From NCBI GenBank assembly GCA_966248255.1, contig CBIMZH010000001.1, positions 1 through 32,116 on the forward strand: DNA of 32,116 bases, in the 5' to 3' direction. Position 1 is the first letter of the stretch, and every line of letters begins with the position of its first letter. Source of the DNA: an uncultured Cellvibrio sp. (GTDB lineage Bacteria > Pseudomonadota > Gammaproteobacteria > Pseudomonadales > Cellvibrionaceae). Shown piece after piece: positions 1 through 8,064 of the stretch. A program made the position numbers and the translations under genes. The notes beneath the pieces are model-generated. The model was not told the DNA's origin. It made no database searches and saw only the letters and a program-made list of their open reading frames with translations.

Positions 1-447
1 AAATACAAATACCTGATCGGCAACCCAATTGTCTGGCTCTCGGTGCTGGCGGGGATTATTTTGTCGTCCGGCCTGATTATCGGCCGCTACGTCTATGGCA
101 ATGCGGTAAAGGATGAAACCCTGTTCCATTGGATCAGCGCCTTCACCTGCCTCTACCTCTGCTACATGATTGCCATTATGCAAATTGAGCGGGTGATGTA
201 CCTCTACCACTATCTGGTGCCCCTGGTAATAGGTGCGGTCAATTTGTCCCTGGTATTTACCTACATCTTCCGCGATGAGGTTCTCTCCAATAACAAGCAC
301 ACCATTATCAATGCCAGCCTGTTTGCGCTGCTGGTGATTAGCGTGTTCGCTTTTTTCGCGCCCTTCACCTACGGCATAGGCTTAACCGAAGACCAGTTTA
401 ACCTGCGCAACTGGTTTACCTTCTGGCAACTTCAGGTGGTGCGTTAA
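1..447 (+). CDS. PMT-family (dolichyl-phosphate-mannose-protein mannosyltransferase-like, GT-C) glycosyltransferase, C-terminal part; 5'-truncated by the window edge
   Basis: Frame is open from base 1 (KYKYLIGNPIVWLSVLAG...). It carries the GNPxxW and RVMYLYHYLVP motifs typical of the PMT C-terminal 4-TM domain, several hydrophobic helices and the typical tail (FFAPFTYG...LRNWFTFW). The GTG at 43 is an internal codon. Confidence 0.8.
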   Translation, partial: KYKYLIGNPIVWLSVLAGIILSSGLIIGRYVYGNAVKDETLFHWISAFTCLYLCYMIAIMQIERVMYLYHYLVPLVIGAVNLSLVFTYIFRDEVLSNNKHTIINASLFALLVISVFAFFAPFTYGIGLTEDQFNLRNWFTFWQLQVVR

Positions 448-448
448 T

Positions 449-1006
449 ATGAATAAATTCCTAACTAAAAACTGGGCCTTCAGTCTACTTTGGCTATTGA
501 TAGTCGCGATTATTTTGCATCGCATAATTCCGCCCTCCATCGACAAAGTCGTCAAGCTGGTCATTACCAAAAACAATGTCAGCATCGCCGACATCAACCA
601 GCCGCGCAATGTGCAGCTGACCAAAGTGGTTTGGGTGGACAAGCTTAATCTGCGCGTGAAAGAGCGCTTTAGTCACCCCACCCTGGGCAATATCGCCGGC
701 TATAACGACGACTTCTTTGTCGATATAGACCATGAAGTTGAGACACTGAAAGCCGGCCAATACCGCTTTATGGTGGGCAGCGACGATGGGTTTAACCTGA
801 GTGTGGATGGCAAAAAACTCTGTGAGCATCCAAGGGACAGGCCCTTCTCGGTACAGGCCTGCTTCGTTCAACTGCAGCCGGGCAAGCACCAGGTCCATAT
901 CACCTACTTCCAGGGTTATGGCAATTCCGGGCTGACAGTGCAGTATGCCTACGCCAACCAAAAAGAGCACTGGTTTGGCGAAAACTCAGATGCAATGAAG
1001 TTCTAA
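449..1006 (+). CDS. PA14-domain protein with N-terminal membrane anchor
   Basis: N-terminal hydrophobic helix. GQYRFMVGSDDGFNLSVDGK and LQPGKHQVHITYFQGYG match PA14 hallmark motifs. Starts 1 nt after the upstream stop. Confidence 0.8.
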   Translation: MNKFLTKNWAFSLLWLLIVAIILHRIIPPSIDKVVKLVITKNNVSIADINQPRNVQLTKVVWVDKLNLRVKERFSHPTLGNIAGYNDDFFVDIDHEVETLKAGQYRFMVGSDDGFNLSVDGKKLCEHPRDRPFSVQACFVQLQPGKHQVHITYFQGYGNSGLTVQYAYANQKEHWFGENSDAMKF

Positions 1007-1007
1007 C

Positions 1008-1031
1008 AGGGGCGCTACGGCGCCCTTTTTT
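1008..1031 (+). terminator. Rho-independent terminator of the PMT-PA14 unit
   Basis: GGGCGC-TACG-GCGCCC stem with a C(UACG)G tetraloop, followed by T6, directly after the PA14 stop. Confidence 0.85.
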
Positions 1032-1035
1032 ACAT

Positions 1036-1063
1036 TTGCACCTCGGCGGGTTAAACCTATAGT
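1036..1063 (+). promoter_or_regulatory. Putative sigma70/RpoS-type promoter of the diguanylate cyclase
   Basis: TTGCAC (1036-1041), 16 nt spacer, TATAGT (1058-1063) preceded by C; about 70 nt upstream of the ATG. Confidence 0.4.
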
Positions 1064-1134
1064 TGATATACATCAGCGTTAGGCCCAGGCGAAATCCTTT
1101 AGGCTAGGGCAAAAATCTTACTGCCGAGCAGATA

Positions 1135-2433
1135 ATGAATAATAAAGCCACGCAAACCGAGGCCTCAGTCGCCGAACTTCAAGGCCTGCGCACCCTGCTC
1201 GACAGCCTTGGCACCTATATTTTTACCAAGGATGCCAAGGGCCGCTACACCTATGTCAACAGCCATGTCTGCGCCCTCTTCCAACTGCCCGCCGAAGCCA
1301 TCATTGGCAAAGATGATTACGCTTTTTTCGATTTGGATATTCTCGACGACCTCATCCAAAACGACCGTCTGGTGTTAGAGCTGGGGCAAACGGTTGAGCG
1401 CGAGGAGACCAATCTGATTCGCGAAACCGGTGAAACCCGTATCTACTGGAGCGTTAAAACCCCAATTCGCAACGCCAAGGGTGAAATCATCGGCCTCTCG
1501 GGGATATCCACCGATATTACCCAACGCAAACGCCTGGAGAAGCAGGTGGAAGAGCAGCGCCAATTGCTCGACACAGTGCTGAATAATATTGACGCCCATG
1601 TGTATATGAAGGATAGCGAGCGCAACTTTTTGTATGTCAACAACAAGGTTGCCGAGCTGTTTGGCAAGCTGCCGCAGGAGATTATTGGCAAGCAGGATAA
1701 AGAAGTTATAGCCGCCGACATTGCCGACCAGTTCTGGCAGCTGGACAAGTTGGTGTTTGACACCAACGCGCCCCACACAGGCGAGGAAATATTTAAAGAG
1801 AGCAGCGGGCGCAAGTCCTATTATTGGTCGAAAAAAGTCCCCATCGACTGGCTGGACAACAGGCGCGCACTTATAGGTTTTTCCACCGACATTAGCGAGC
1901 TCTATTTGTTGCGCGAAAAACTGCGCAAGCAGGCGCAGACAGATGCACTCACCAATGTAAACAATCGTCGTCGCTTTTTTGAATTGGCACAAAAAGAATT
2001 TAACCGCTCGCTGCGCTACAACTCACCGCTGACTGTGCTGATGATAGATATAGATTTTTTCAAGTCAGTCAACGACACCTATGGCCATCAGCTTGGTGAC
2101 CGCACCCTGAAAAAAATTGCCGCCAACATCAAACGCGCACTGCGCAGCTCCGATGTTATGGGGCGCATTGGCGGCGAGGAATTTGCACTATTTTTGCCGC
2201 AAACCTGCGGGGAAGATGGCCGCCATTTTGGCGAGCGGCTGCGCAGCAAAATTGCCCAGGCGCCGCTGGCGATTGACGGCCACCACAAGCTCAGCCTGAG
2301 CATCAGTATCGGGGTCAGTGAATTAATGCCCGGCGATGAAAAATTCCAGCAGTTGCTGCACCGCGCCGACCAGGGGCTGTATCAAGCCAAAAGCCTGGGG
2401 CGCAATCGCGTCGAATTTATTGGCGCCAACTAA
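1135..2433 (+). CDS. PAS-PAS-GGDEF diguanylate cyclase
   Basis: Two PAS/PAC repeats (IFTKDAKGRYTYVN...ISTDIT; VYMKDSERNFLYVN...FSTDIS). DGC motifs TDALTNVNNRR, IDIDFFKSVNDTYGH, GGEEF active site, RSSD I-site and YQAKSLGRN. No TM segments. Confidence 0.95.
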   Translation: MNNKATQTEASVAELQGLRTLLDSLGTYIFTKDAKGRYTYVNSHVCALFQLPAEAIIGKDDYAFFDLDILDDLIQNDRLVLELGQTVEREETNLIRETGETRIYWSVKTPIRNAKGEIIGLSGISTDITQRKRLEKQVEEQRQLLDTVLNNIDAHVYMKDSERNFLYVNNKVAELFGKLPQEIIGKQDKEVIAADIADQFWQLDKLVFDTNAPHTGEEIFKESSGRKSYYWSKKVPIDWLDNRRALIGFSTDISELYLLREKLRKQAQTDALTNVNNRRRFFELAQKEFNRSLRYNSPLTVLMIDIDFFKSVNDTYGHQLGDRTLKKIAANIKRALRSSDVMGRIGGEEFALFLPQTCGEDGRHFGERLRSKIAQAPLAIDGHHKLSLSISIGVSELMPGDEKFQQLLHRADQGLYQAKSLGRNRVEFIGAN

Positions 2434-2492
2434 GGCCGAAACAATCGTGATATTCGTTGCGCAAACTAATATCAAAGCATTAGCCGCGCCAA

Positions 2493-3830
2493 CTACTCCT
2501 GCTCCGGTTTGCGATTTTTAGCCTCAATCCACATCCCCATAAAACGCGCACTCTGGCACAGGTGATGGCGCAGCATCTGGCCGACAAAATTTTTCTTGCG
2601 CGCGCTGTCCAGCTCTTCACGCAGCGCCACCAGTTGCTGCCAGAGCGCCAGATCGTAAAACTCGCGGGCGAAGTGATCGCGCAAAATATCAAAGCCGGCA
2701 TGCTGCGCAGCCAGCCAGTCGGCTCTGTGGTTGTAAAGGTTTACTGCCGCCTCGGCAAACTCATGAGGGTAATTGCAAATGGCGCCACCCCAGGGCAAGT
2801 CGCCATGCATGGACTCGGCGCCTATAGCCGTAGTCACACTGGGTGTACCGCAGCGCATGGCATCCATCAACTTGCCTTTAATGCCCGCGCCAAAGCGCAA
2901 AGGCGCCAGGCACACCCGTGCCTGCTGCATCACATTAAAGGCTTTTTCGGCCCAGCCCTTTACCAAAAAACCCTCTTGCGGGCTGTGCAACTGGGTTGCC
3001 TTGGGCGGTGGATAGGCGCCGTAAATATGCAGCTCGGCCTTGGGTTCGCGCACGCGAATCAGCGGCCACAACTGATATTTGAGCCAGAGCACCGCATCCC
3101 AGTTGGGTTCGTGGCGGAAATTACCTATGGCGATAAAATGTTTGCGCTCATCAAAGTCGGGCAACTCGGATTCGATGCGCGCCGGGCTCGCCTCCAGGAA
3201 TGGGCAATAGCAGAGCAGCTCGGCGGGTACGGCAAAATATTCCTGCAACAATTGGATTTCGAATTCGGAAATCATCAGGGTCAGGTCGCTGCGAAAAATG
3301 GCCGCGACTTCGCGCTGGGTCATATCCTCGTCGAGCATAGCGTCGTAAAGCTCTATGCCCTCAGTCAATACCGGCACTACCGATTGCCGCTCGCGCTCGC
3401 TCAAATGCTGGCCTTCGGCCAAGAGTTTTTGCGCGCTGCGCAAAAGTTTATGGCGCGCATGGCGCAGGCAGTGCAGGTCTTCGGTATTGAGCACGCGCAT
3501 GGCACTGGGCCAGGCCTGGGCGACGCGCCAACTGAATTGCTCTTCGGTAAAAAAACGATCAAAGAGCACCAGGTCGGGTTTTAATTCGCGCACATAGTCA
3601 TCAAAGCTGGAGCAGTTAAGGGCGATGGTTTTTTCCTCCACCCCCAGGCTGCGCAAATCAAACCTGTGCTCCGACAGCGCCGCCGCCGAGGCAAATACCA
3701 CCTGCACCTGACGCTCGGCAAACAGCCGCACCAGTTGCAGCATACGGCTGCCCGCGGCAGAGGAATTGGGCTCCGGCCAAACGTAGCCGATAATTAAAAC
3801 CCGGGAAAAGTTATTGGCGTAAATAAGCAA
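2493..3830 (-). CDS. GT4-family (GT-B) glycosyltransferase
   Basis: IIGYVWPEPNSSAAG N-terminus, IGNFRHEPNWDAV and APLRFGAGIKGKLMDAM...TTAIGAE motifs. The TTG start overlaps the upstream gene and is uncertain. Confidence 0.85.
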   Translation of the reverse strand: MLIYANNFSRVLIIGYVWPEPNSSAAGSRMLQLVRLFAERQVQVVFASAAALSEHRFDLRSLGVEEKTIALNCSSFDDYVRELKPDLVLFDRFFTEEQFSWRVAQAWPSAMRVLNTEDLHCLRHARHKLLRSAQKLLAEGQHLSERERQSVVPVLTEGIELYDAMLDEDMTQREVAAIFRSDLTLMISEFEIQLLQEYFAVPAELLCYCPFLEASPARIESELPDFDERKHFIAIGNFRHEPNWDAVLWLKYQLWPLIRVREPKAELHIYGAYPPPKATQLHSPQEGFLVKGWAEKAFNVMQQARVCLAPLRFGAGIKGKLMDAMRCGTPSVTTAIGAESMHGDLPWGGAICNYPHEFAEAAVNLYNHRADWLAAQHAGFDILRDHFAREFYDLALWQQLVALREELDSARKKNFVGQMLRHHLCQSARFMGMWIEAKNRKPEQE

Positions 3831-5073
3831 TCACTCCCTGGCCTGCCGCGCGCCCTGTGGCAAAACAAGCCGTTAACAAATAGCCGCCGGTAGGCGCCTC
3901 CCAGTCCAGCATTTCACCTGCGCAAAATACACCTGGCATTTGGTTGAGCATTAAATTTGCATTCAACTCGGTTAAAGCCACACCACCGGCACTGCTGATA
4001 GCTTCGTCTATGGGGCGACTCGCCTTAAGCTGAATGGGCAGTTTTTTTACCGCCCTGGCCAGGAGTTCAGGATGCTCAAATTCCTCGCGGCTGGTCAGCT
4101 CGCGCAGCAGCGCAATTTTTACCGGCGTTAAGTGCAGTTGCTTGCGCAAAAAATTGCTTAGCGAATTTTTACCGCGCGGTTTTTGCAATTGCATTAACAC
4201 CCAGTCCGCGGAATGGTCCGGTACCAAATCCAGATGCAAGGTTGCGCCCCCCGGCTCACTTAAAGCTTGGCGAAGCGGCGCTGAAAGCGCATAAATCGCC
4301 GAGCCTTCAACGCCGTACTCACTGAGAATAGCCTCGCCGCGCAGACTCTGGGTTTGATTCTGGCTATTGGTAAAACTCAGCTGAATGGTGTGCAGCTGGG
4401 CACCGGCGTGTTTTTCGCGCAGATCCTGACTCCAATCCACCTCAAAGCCGCAGTTGCTGGGCAGCAGCTCATTGACCTTAAGCCCCCGCTCACTCAGCCA
4501 GGGCTGCCAGCGGCCATCAGAGCCAAGGCGGCTCCAGCTGGCGCCCCCCAAGGCCAGCACCAGGGCCCGGGGGCGCAGCTGCAGCCGCTCACCAGACTCT
4601 GCGGCAATGATCACTTCGCCAGTTTCAGCCCAGCCCAGCCAGCGATGGCGCGGGTGTATGCGCACCCCCAGCTCGCGCAGCCGGTGCAGCCAGGCGCGCA
4701 GCAGCGGCGCCGCTTTCATATCCACGGGGAATACTCGCTGCGAGCTGCCGACAAAGGTTTCTATGCCCAGGCCGTGTATCCAGTCGCGCAGCGCCGAGGC
4801 GCCAAAGCTGTCCAGGTAAGGCGCCAGCCAGGGGGCCGCCTCGCGGTAGCGGCTGAGGAATTTATCGGCAGCCTCGCCATGGGTGATATTCATGCCGCCG
4901 ACACCGGCAAGCAAAAACTTGCGCCCCACCGAGGGCATGGCATCAAACAGATCGACGCAATAGCCAGCCTGGGCGATGACTTCGGCCGCCATAAGGCCAG
5001 CCGGGCCGCCGCCAATAATGACGACCTGAGACGGTAAGGGAGTGGGAGCAGAGGAAGAATTCAAACGCAGCAC
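3811..5073 (-). CDS. HI0933/BaiN-like (TIGR03862-type) NAD(P)/FAD-dependent flavoprotein
   Basis: IIGGGPAG dinucleotide-binding motif, GRKFLLAGVGGMNITH, GGASWSRLGSDG, AISSAGGV and GEMLDWEAPTGGYLL. Confidence 0.9.
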   Translation of the reverse strand: MLRLNSSSAPTPLPSQVVIIGGGPAGLMAAEVIAQAGYCVDLFDAMPSVGRKFLLAGVGGMNITHGEAADKFLSRYREAAPWLAPYLDSFGASALRDWIHGLGIETFVGSSQRVFPVDMKAAPLLRAWLHRLRELGVRIHPRHRWLGWAETGEVIIAAESGERLQLRPRALVLALGGASWSRLGSDGRWQPWLSERGLKVNELLPSNCGFEVDWSQDLREKHAGAQLHTIQLSFTNSQNQTQSLRGEAILSEYGVEGSAIYALSAPLRQALSEPGGATLHLDLVPDHSADWVLMQLQKPRGKNSLSNFLRKQLHLTPVKIALLRELTSREEFEHPELLARAVKKLPIQLKASRPIDEAISSAGGVALTELNANLMLNQMPGVFCAGEMLDWEAPTGGYLLTACFATGRAAGQGVIAYLRQ

Positions 5074-5107
5074 CGGTGCAGGTTAAGCCCGCACCGGCGC
5101 TCCGGGG

Positions 5108-7054
5108 TTAGTGAGCGCTCGCCTCGAAGGAGGATGCAGGCAGGTCGGCGCTATTATACAGATTTGCCCCGGCGGGATTATCCGCCCAGGCATAACGCAC
5201 CCAAACCGGTTTGCTGACACCAGGCGCGCTTAGGGTGACTGTGTCTTTACTTAAGCTGGCTTTGGCCCAGACAAACTTTTTGTCGGCGCCAGCAATGGCA
5301 AACTGCTGCAGCTCGCCGCCCTTGGCCACCAGGCCTGTGCCCACATCGCTAAAGCTGAGCACCAGAGTATCGCCCTTGGCTTTGACCCTGTGCAGGCGCG
5401 GGCCAGAACTGAGCAGTTTTTTATGGCCATAGGCCAGCTTGAGCGCCCCCAGCGCCAGGCGCTCGCCCACTTCCTGCTTGTGCTGCGGGTGAATATCGTT
5501 CCACTCACCCAGATCCAGCGCTACCGCCATAGCGGTATTTTTCACTTTCAGCGACTGGCGCTGGGCTTCGCGCAATGCAGCCCAGTTACTCTCACCTGGC
5601 TCGGTTTTGGGCGCTAAAAAGTTAGCTAACTGCACGAATACCACCGGGAAATCGCCCTGCTTGAACTGCTTGCGCCAATCGGCCACCAGCGCCGGGAACA
5701 GGCGCGCGTATTCCGCCGCGCGATCAGTATTGGATTCGCCCTGATACCAGATGGCGCCGGTGATACCCATATTAAACGCCGGCGCCAGACGCCCCTTGTA
5801 AAGTGATGTGGGCAGGTAATGCAATGTGGTGGTGGGCTCCATATTGCCCATCTTGGCGGCTATGGCGTAATGCCAATCGCCAGCCAGGGAAATTTGCTCG
5901 CGCCCCAAGTCCAGCGCATAGCGCTTATCCAATACAAAACCGGCATTGTTGCTGTAACTGGTGATGCGAATCGCGATAGTGTTGTCGCCCGCTTTAAGCA
6001 GCTTGGCTGGCACTGAGTAAATGCGTGGTGGATACATATAGCCCGTCTGGCCCACCAGTTGGCCGTTTACATACACCTGATCGCCATCAACTATGGCGCC
6101 AAGCCAGAGGGTCGCATCGCCATTCAATTTGGCCAGCTGAGCCTCGCTCAGATTGATGTGTTTGCGCAGCCAGATACTGCCATTGCCAAAGTCTATGCCC
6201 TGGGCCTTGGCATAGCCTGGCACCTTGAAGCTCTGCCATTGGCTGTCATCAAAGCCAGCGGCTTCCCAGTGTTGCGCCAGGCCCAAATCTGCCTTGGTCA
6301 AACCGCCATACCAGGCATCATTAGCCGCCTTGTCATGGGCAATGGTCTGCTGCACATAGGCGTCATCCTTAAACGGCGCCAACTTCTGCAGATACTGGGG
6401 GAAATCTTTCAGCGCGGCTTCGCCCACCCAGGCCTCCAGCGGCGAGCCGCCCACCGGGATCACAATCAGGCCCACAGGCACTTTGTTTTCCTCGTAGAGT
6501 TTGCGCGCGAAAAAGAAGCCCACCGCAGAGAACTCGGATAAATTTTCCGGTGTAGCGGTTTTCCAGCTACCTGAGGGGTAATCACTGAGGGGCTGTTTAA
6601 GTTCGTAATTGAGCGGAAAGCCAAAGGCGCGGATTTGCGGCAGCTGGGTATGCTCAATTAAGCCCGGATATTGATATTTCACCCGGCGCAGCGGCAGCTC
6701 CATATTGGACTGGCCTGCGGCAATCCAGACATCGCCCAGCAGAATATCCTTGCGTTCCAGGCTATTGTTGCCTGTCACCTTCAAGCTGTAGGGGCCACCG
6801 GCTTTCATTGCCGGGAAGCTCACCGACCAGCTGCCATCCTTAGCGGTAGTTTTCAGGGTTTTACCGGCAAAGGTCACAGTCACCTGCTCACCTTTATCCG
6901 CCCAACCCCAGATATGCAGCGGCTTGCCGCGCTGCAGCACAGCGCCGTCACTAAGTAATTTAGGCAGGCTCACATCCGCCAAAGCGGGCAGACTGAATAG
7001 CAGGAGTAGAGGTATCAGCAGCTGACGAGCGGCGTTAACTAGCGTAGATTTCAT
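5108..7054 (-). CDS. Secreted sialate O-acetylesterase family (SASA/SGNH) carbohydrate esterase with inserted beta-sandwich domain
   Basis: Sec signal peptide (ALA-D), GDVWIAAGQSNM, WYQGESN, DIHP catalytic motif and VRYAWADNP. Confidence 0.9.
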   Translation of the reverse strand: MKSTLVNAARQLLIPLLLLFSLPALADVSLPKLLSDGAVLQRGKPLHIWGWADKGEQVTVTFAGKTLKTTAKDGSWSVSFPAMKAGGPYSLKVTGNNSLERKDILLGDVWIAAGQSNMELPLRRVKYQYPGLIEHTQLPQIRAFGFPLNYELKQPLSDYPSGSWKTATPENLSEFSAVGFFFARKLYEENKVPVGLIVIPVGGSPLEAWVGEAALKDFPQYLQKLAPFKDDAYVQQTIAHDKAANDAWYGGLTKADLGLAQHWEAAGFDDSQWQSFKVPGYAKAQGIDFGNGSIWLRKHINLSEAQLAKLNGDATLWLGAIVDGDQVYVNGQLVGQTGYMYPPRIYSVPAKLLKAGDNTIAIRITSYSNNAGFVLDKRYALDLGREQISLAGDWHYAIAAKMGNMEPTTTLHYLPTSLYKGRLAPAFNMGITGAIWYQGESNTDRAAEYARLFPALVADWRKQFKQGDFPVVFVQLANFLAPKTEPGESNWAALREAQRQSLKVKNTAMAVALDLGEWNDIHPQHKQEVGERLALGALKLAYGHKKLLSSGPRLHRVKAKGDTLVLSFSDVGTGLVAKGGELQQFAIAGADKKFVWAKASLSKDTVTLSAPGVSKPVWVRYAWADNPAGANLYNSADLPASSFEASAH

Positions 7055-7087
7055 GGCCGGAGTCTCTTTATGTTCGAAGTTATATTA

Positions 7088-7135
7088 ATTGTCATAAGGA
7101 CAATAACTATACTTGTACACCAGTTAACTTTCCAA
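7088..7135 (-). promoter_or_regulatory. Putative esterase promoter with two palindromic operator candidates
   Basis: Minus strand TTGGAA (7135-7130), 18 nt spacer, TATAGT (7111-7106). Pseudo-palindrome ACTTGTACACCAGT at 7111-7124 and inverted repeat ATTGTC-N5-GACAAT at 7088-7104. Confidence 0.45.
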
Positions 7136-7186
7136 GCCCCTAGCGAAAACCTATATGGACTTTTTACCTAGCTTTGCATTTACCCG

Positions 7187-7399
7187 TTAAAACTCATCCG
7201 GTAGCTGCGGCTCGTATAAGTCGCCCATCAAATCGTGAATAACCAACTTGGGGTCCTGCACTTTTTTTTGCGGCACTTCCACCCAGGGCACCACGTAAAG
7301 AATATTGGGCGAGTCGCTATCGTCCAATTGTTCCTGGGCATCGCCCACGCGGGCCAACACTAATAGCCCCATGGCAATTAACAAGAGTTTTGTTTTCAC
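7187..7399 (-). CDS. Small secreted protein with PxxLYxVPW motif (GltF-position protein of Agl-Glt-like clusters)
   Basis: GTG start with strong SD (GAGGAG), Sec-type signal peptide, SPNILYVVPW motif; last gene of the TPR module. Confidence 0.7.
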   Translation of the reverse strand: MKTKLLLIAMGLLVLARVGDAQEQLDDSDSPNILYVVPWVEVPQKKVQDPKLVIHDLMGDLYEPQLPDEF

Positions 7400-7427
7400 G
7401 GCATTCTCCTCGGCTATTGCCCGGTTT

Positions 7428-8063
7428 TTATCGCCCGGCGTTGCGCGCCTGGTTGCGTTTTAGCTCTTCAATCCAGGCTTGGGTGTCATCATCGGTCGTG
7501 GTGATATGGTCGAGATAGGCCTGGTATTGAGTAATCGCCCTGGGCAGATCCTGGTAATACAGATCGTAGAGCAGCGCCAGGTTGTAATGGCAGCTAGCGC
7601 AATTGGGCTGCAGCTTAATGGCCAGCTGGTATTTGGCCTCCGCCTGCTGGTATTGCCCCTGAGCCAGTTGAATCAACCCGGCTAGCGCAAAGGCTTCACC
7701 CGAGGTATTTTCCAACGCCAGGGCACGATTGATTGCCTGCTCTGCCGCCGGGTATTGCATGAGTCCGTAATAGGCCAGCGCCAGATTAACCCAGGCATCC
7801 GGGTAGCCGGGATTGGCGGTAGTGATTTTTTTTAGCAGCGCCAGCGCCTGGGTATAGTTCCCGGCGTTCAGCTGGGTTTGCGCGCGCCTATAGTCGTCAC
7901 CAAACGCAGATGCGAGTGGCTGAATCGCCTGGGCCACAGCAGCTGTTGCCGATGGGTTTTGCGCCTCAGTCTGAGGCTTGCTTGGCGAGCTGGAGCAGCC
8001 GCCAAGCAACGCCAGTAACACCATTACCAGGGCCGCAAAGCTAAAGTAATTGTGAAATCTCAT
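7428..8063 (-). CDS. TPR lipoprotein (GltE/AglT-like position), 211 aa
   Basis: Start reassigned to the ATG at 8063 (MRFHNY...), 1 nt after the upstream stop. Lipobox LGG-C. TPR helices include AWVNLALAYY and HYNLALLYDLY. Confidence 0.8.
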   Translation of the reverse strand: MRFHNYFSFAALVMVLLALLGGCSSSPSKPQTEAQNPSATAAVAQAIQPLASAFGDDYRRAQTQLNAGNYTQALALLKKITTANPGYPDAWVNLALAYYGLMQYPAAEQAINRALALENTSGEAFALAGLIQLAQGQYQQAEAKYQLAIKLQPNCASCHYNLALLYDLYYQDLPRAITQYQAYLDHITTTDDDTQAWIEELKRNQARNAGR

Positions 8064-8064
8064 A

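Noticed and set aside
1070-1134. c-di-GMP riboswitch in the diguanylate cyclase leader (GGGCAAA, GCGAAA)
   Set aside because: The leader is short and lacks the two-stem architecture and conserved second-stem motif of class I riboswitches.
1135-2433. Diguanylate cyclase as a dedicated T6SS regulator
   Set aside because: It is about 10 kb from clpV, separated by unrelated genes and in its own transcription unit; no sequence evidence of a link.
2562-3584. 340-aa plus-strand ORF
   Set aside because: Antisense shadow of the GT4 gene with no recognisable motifs.
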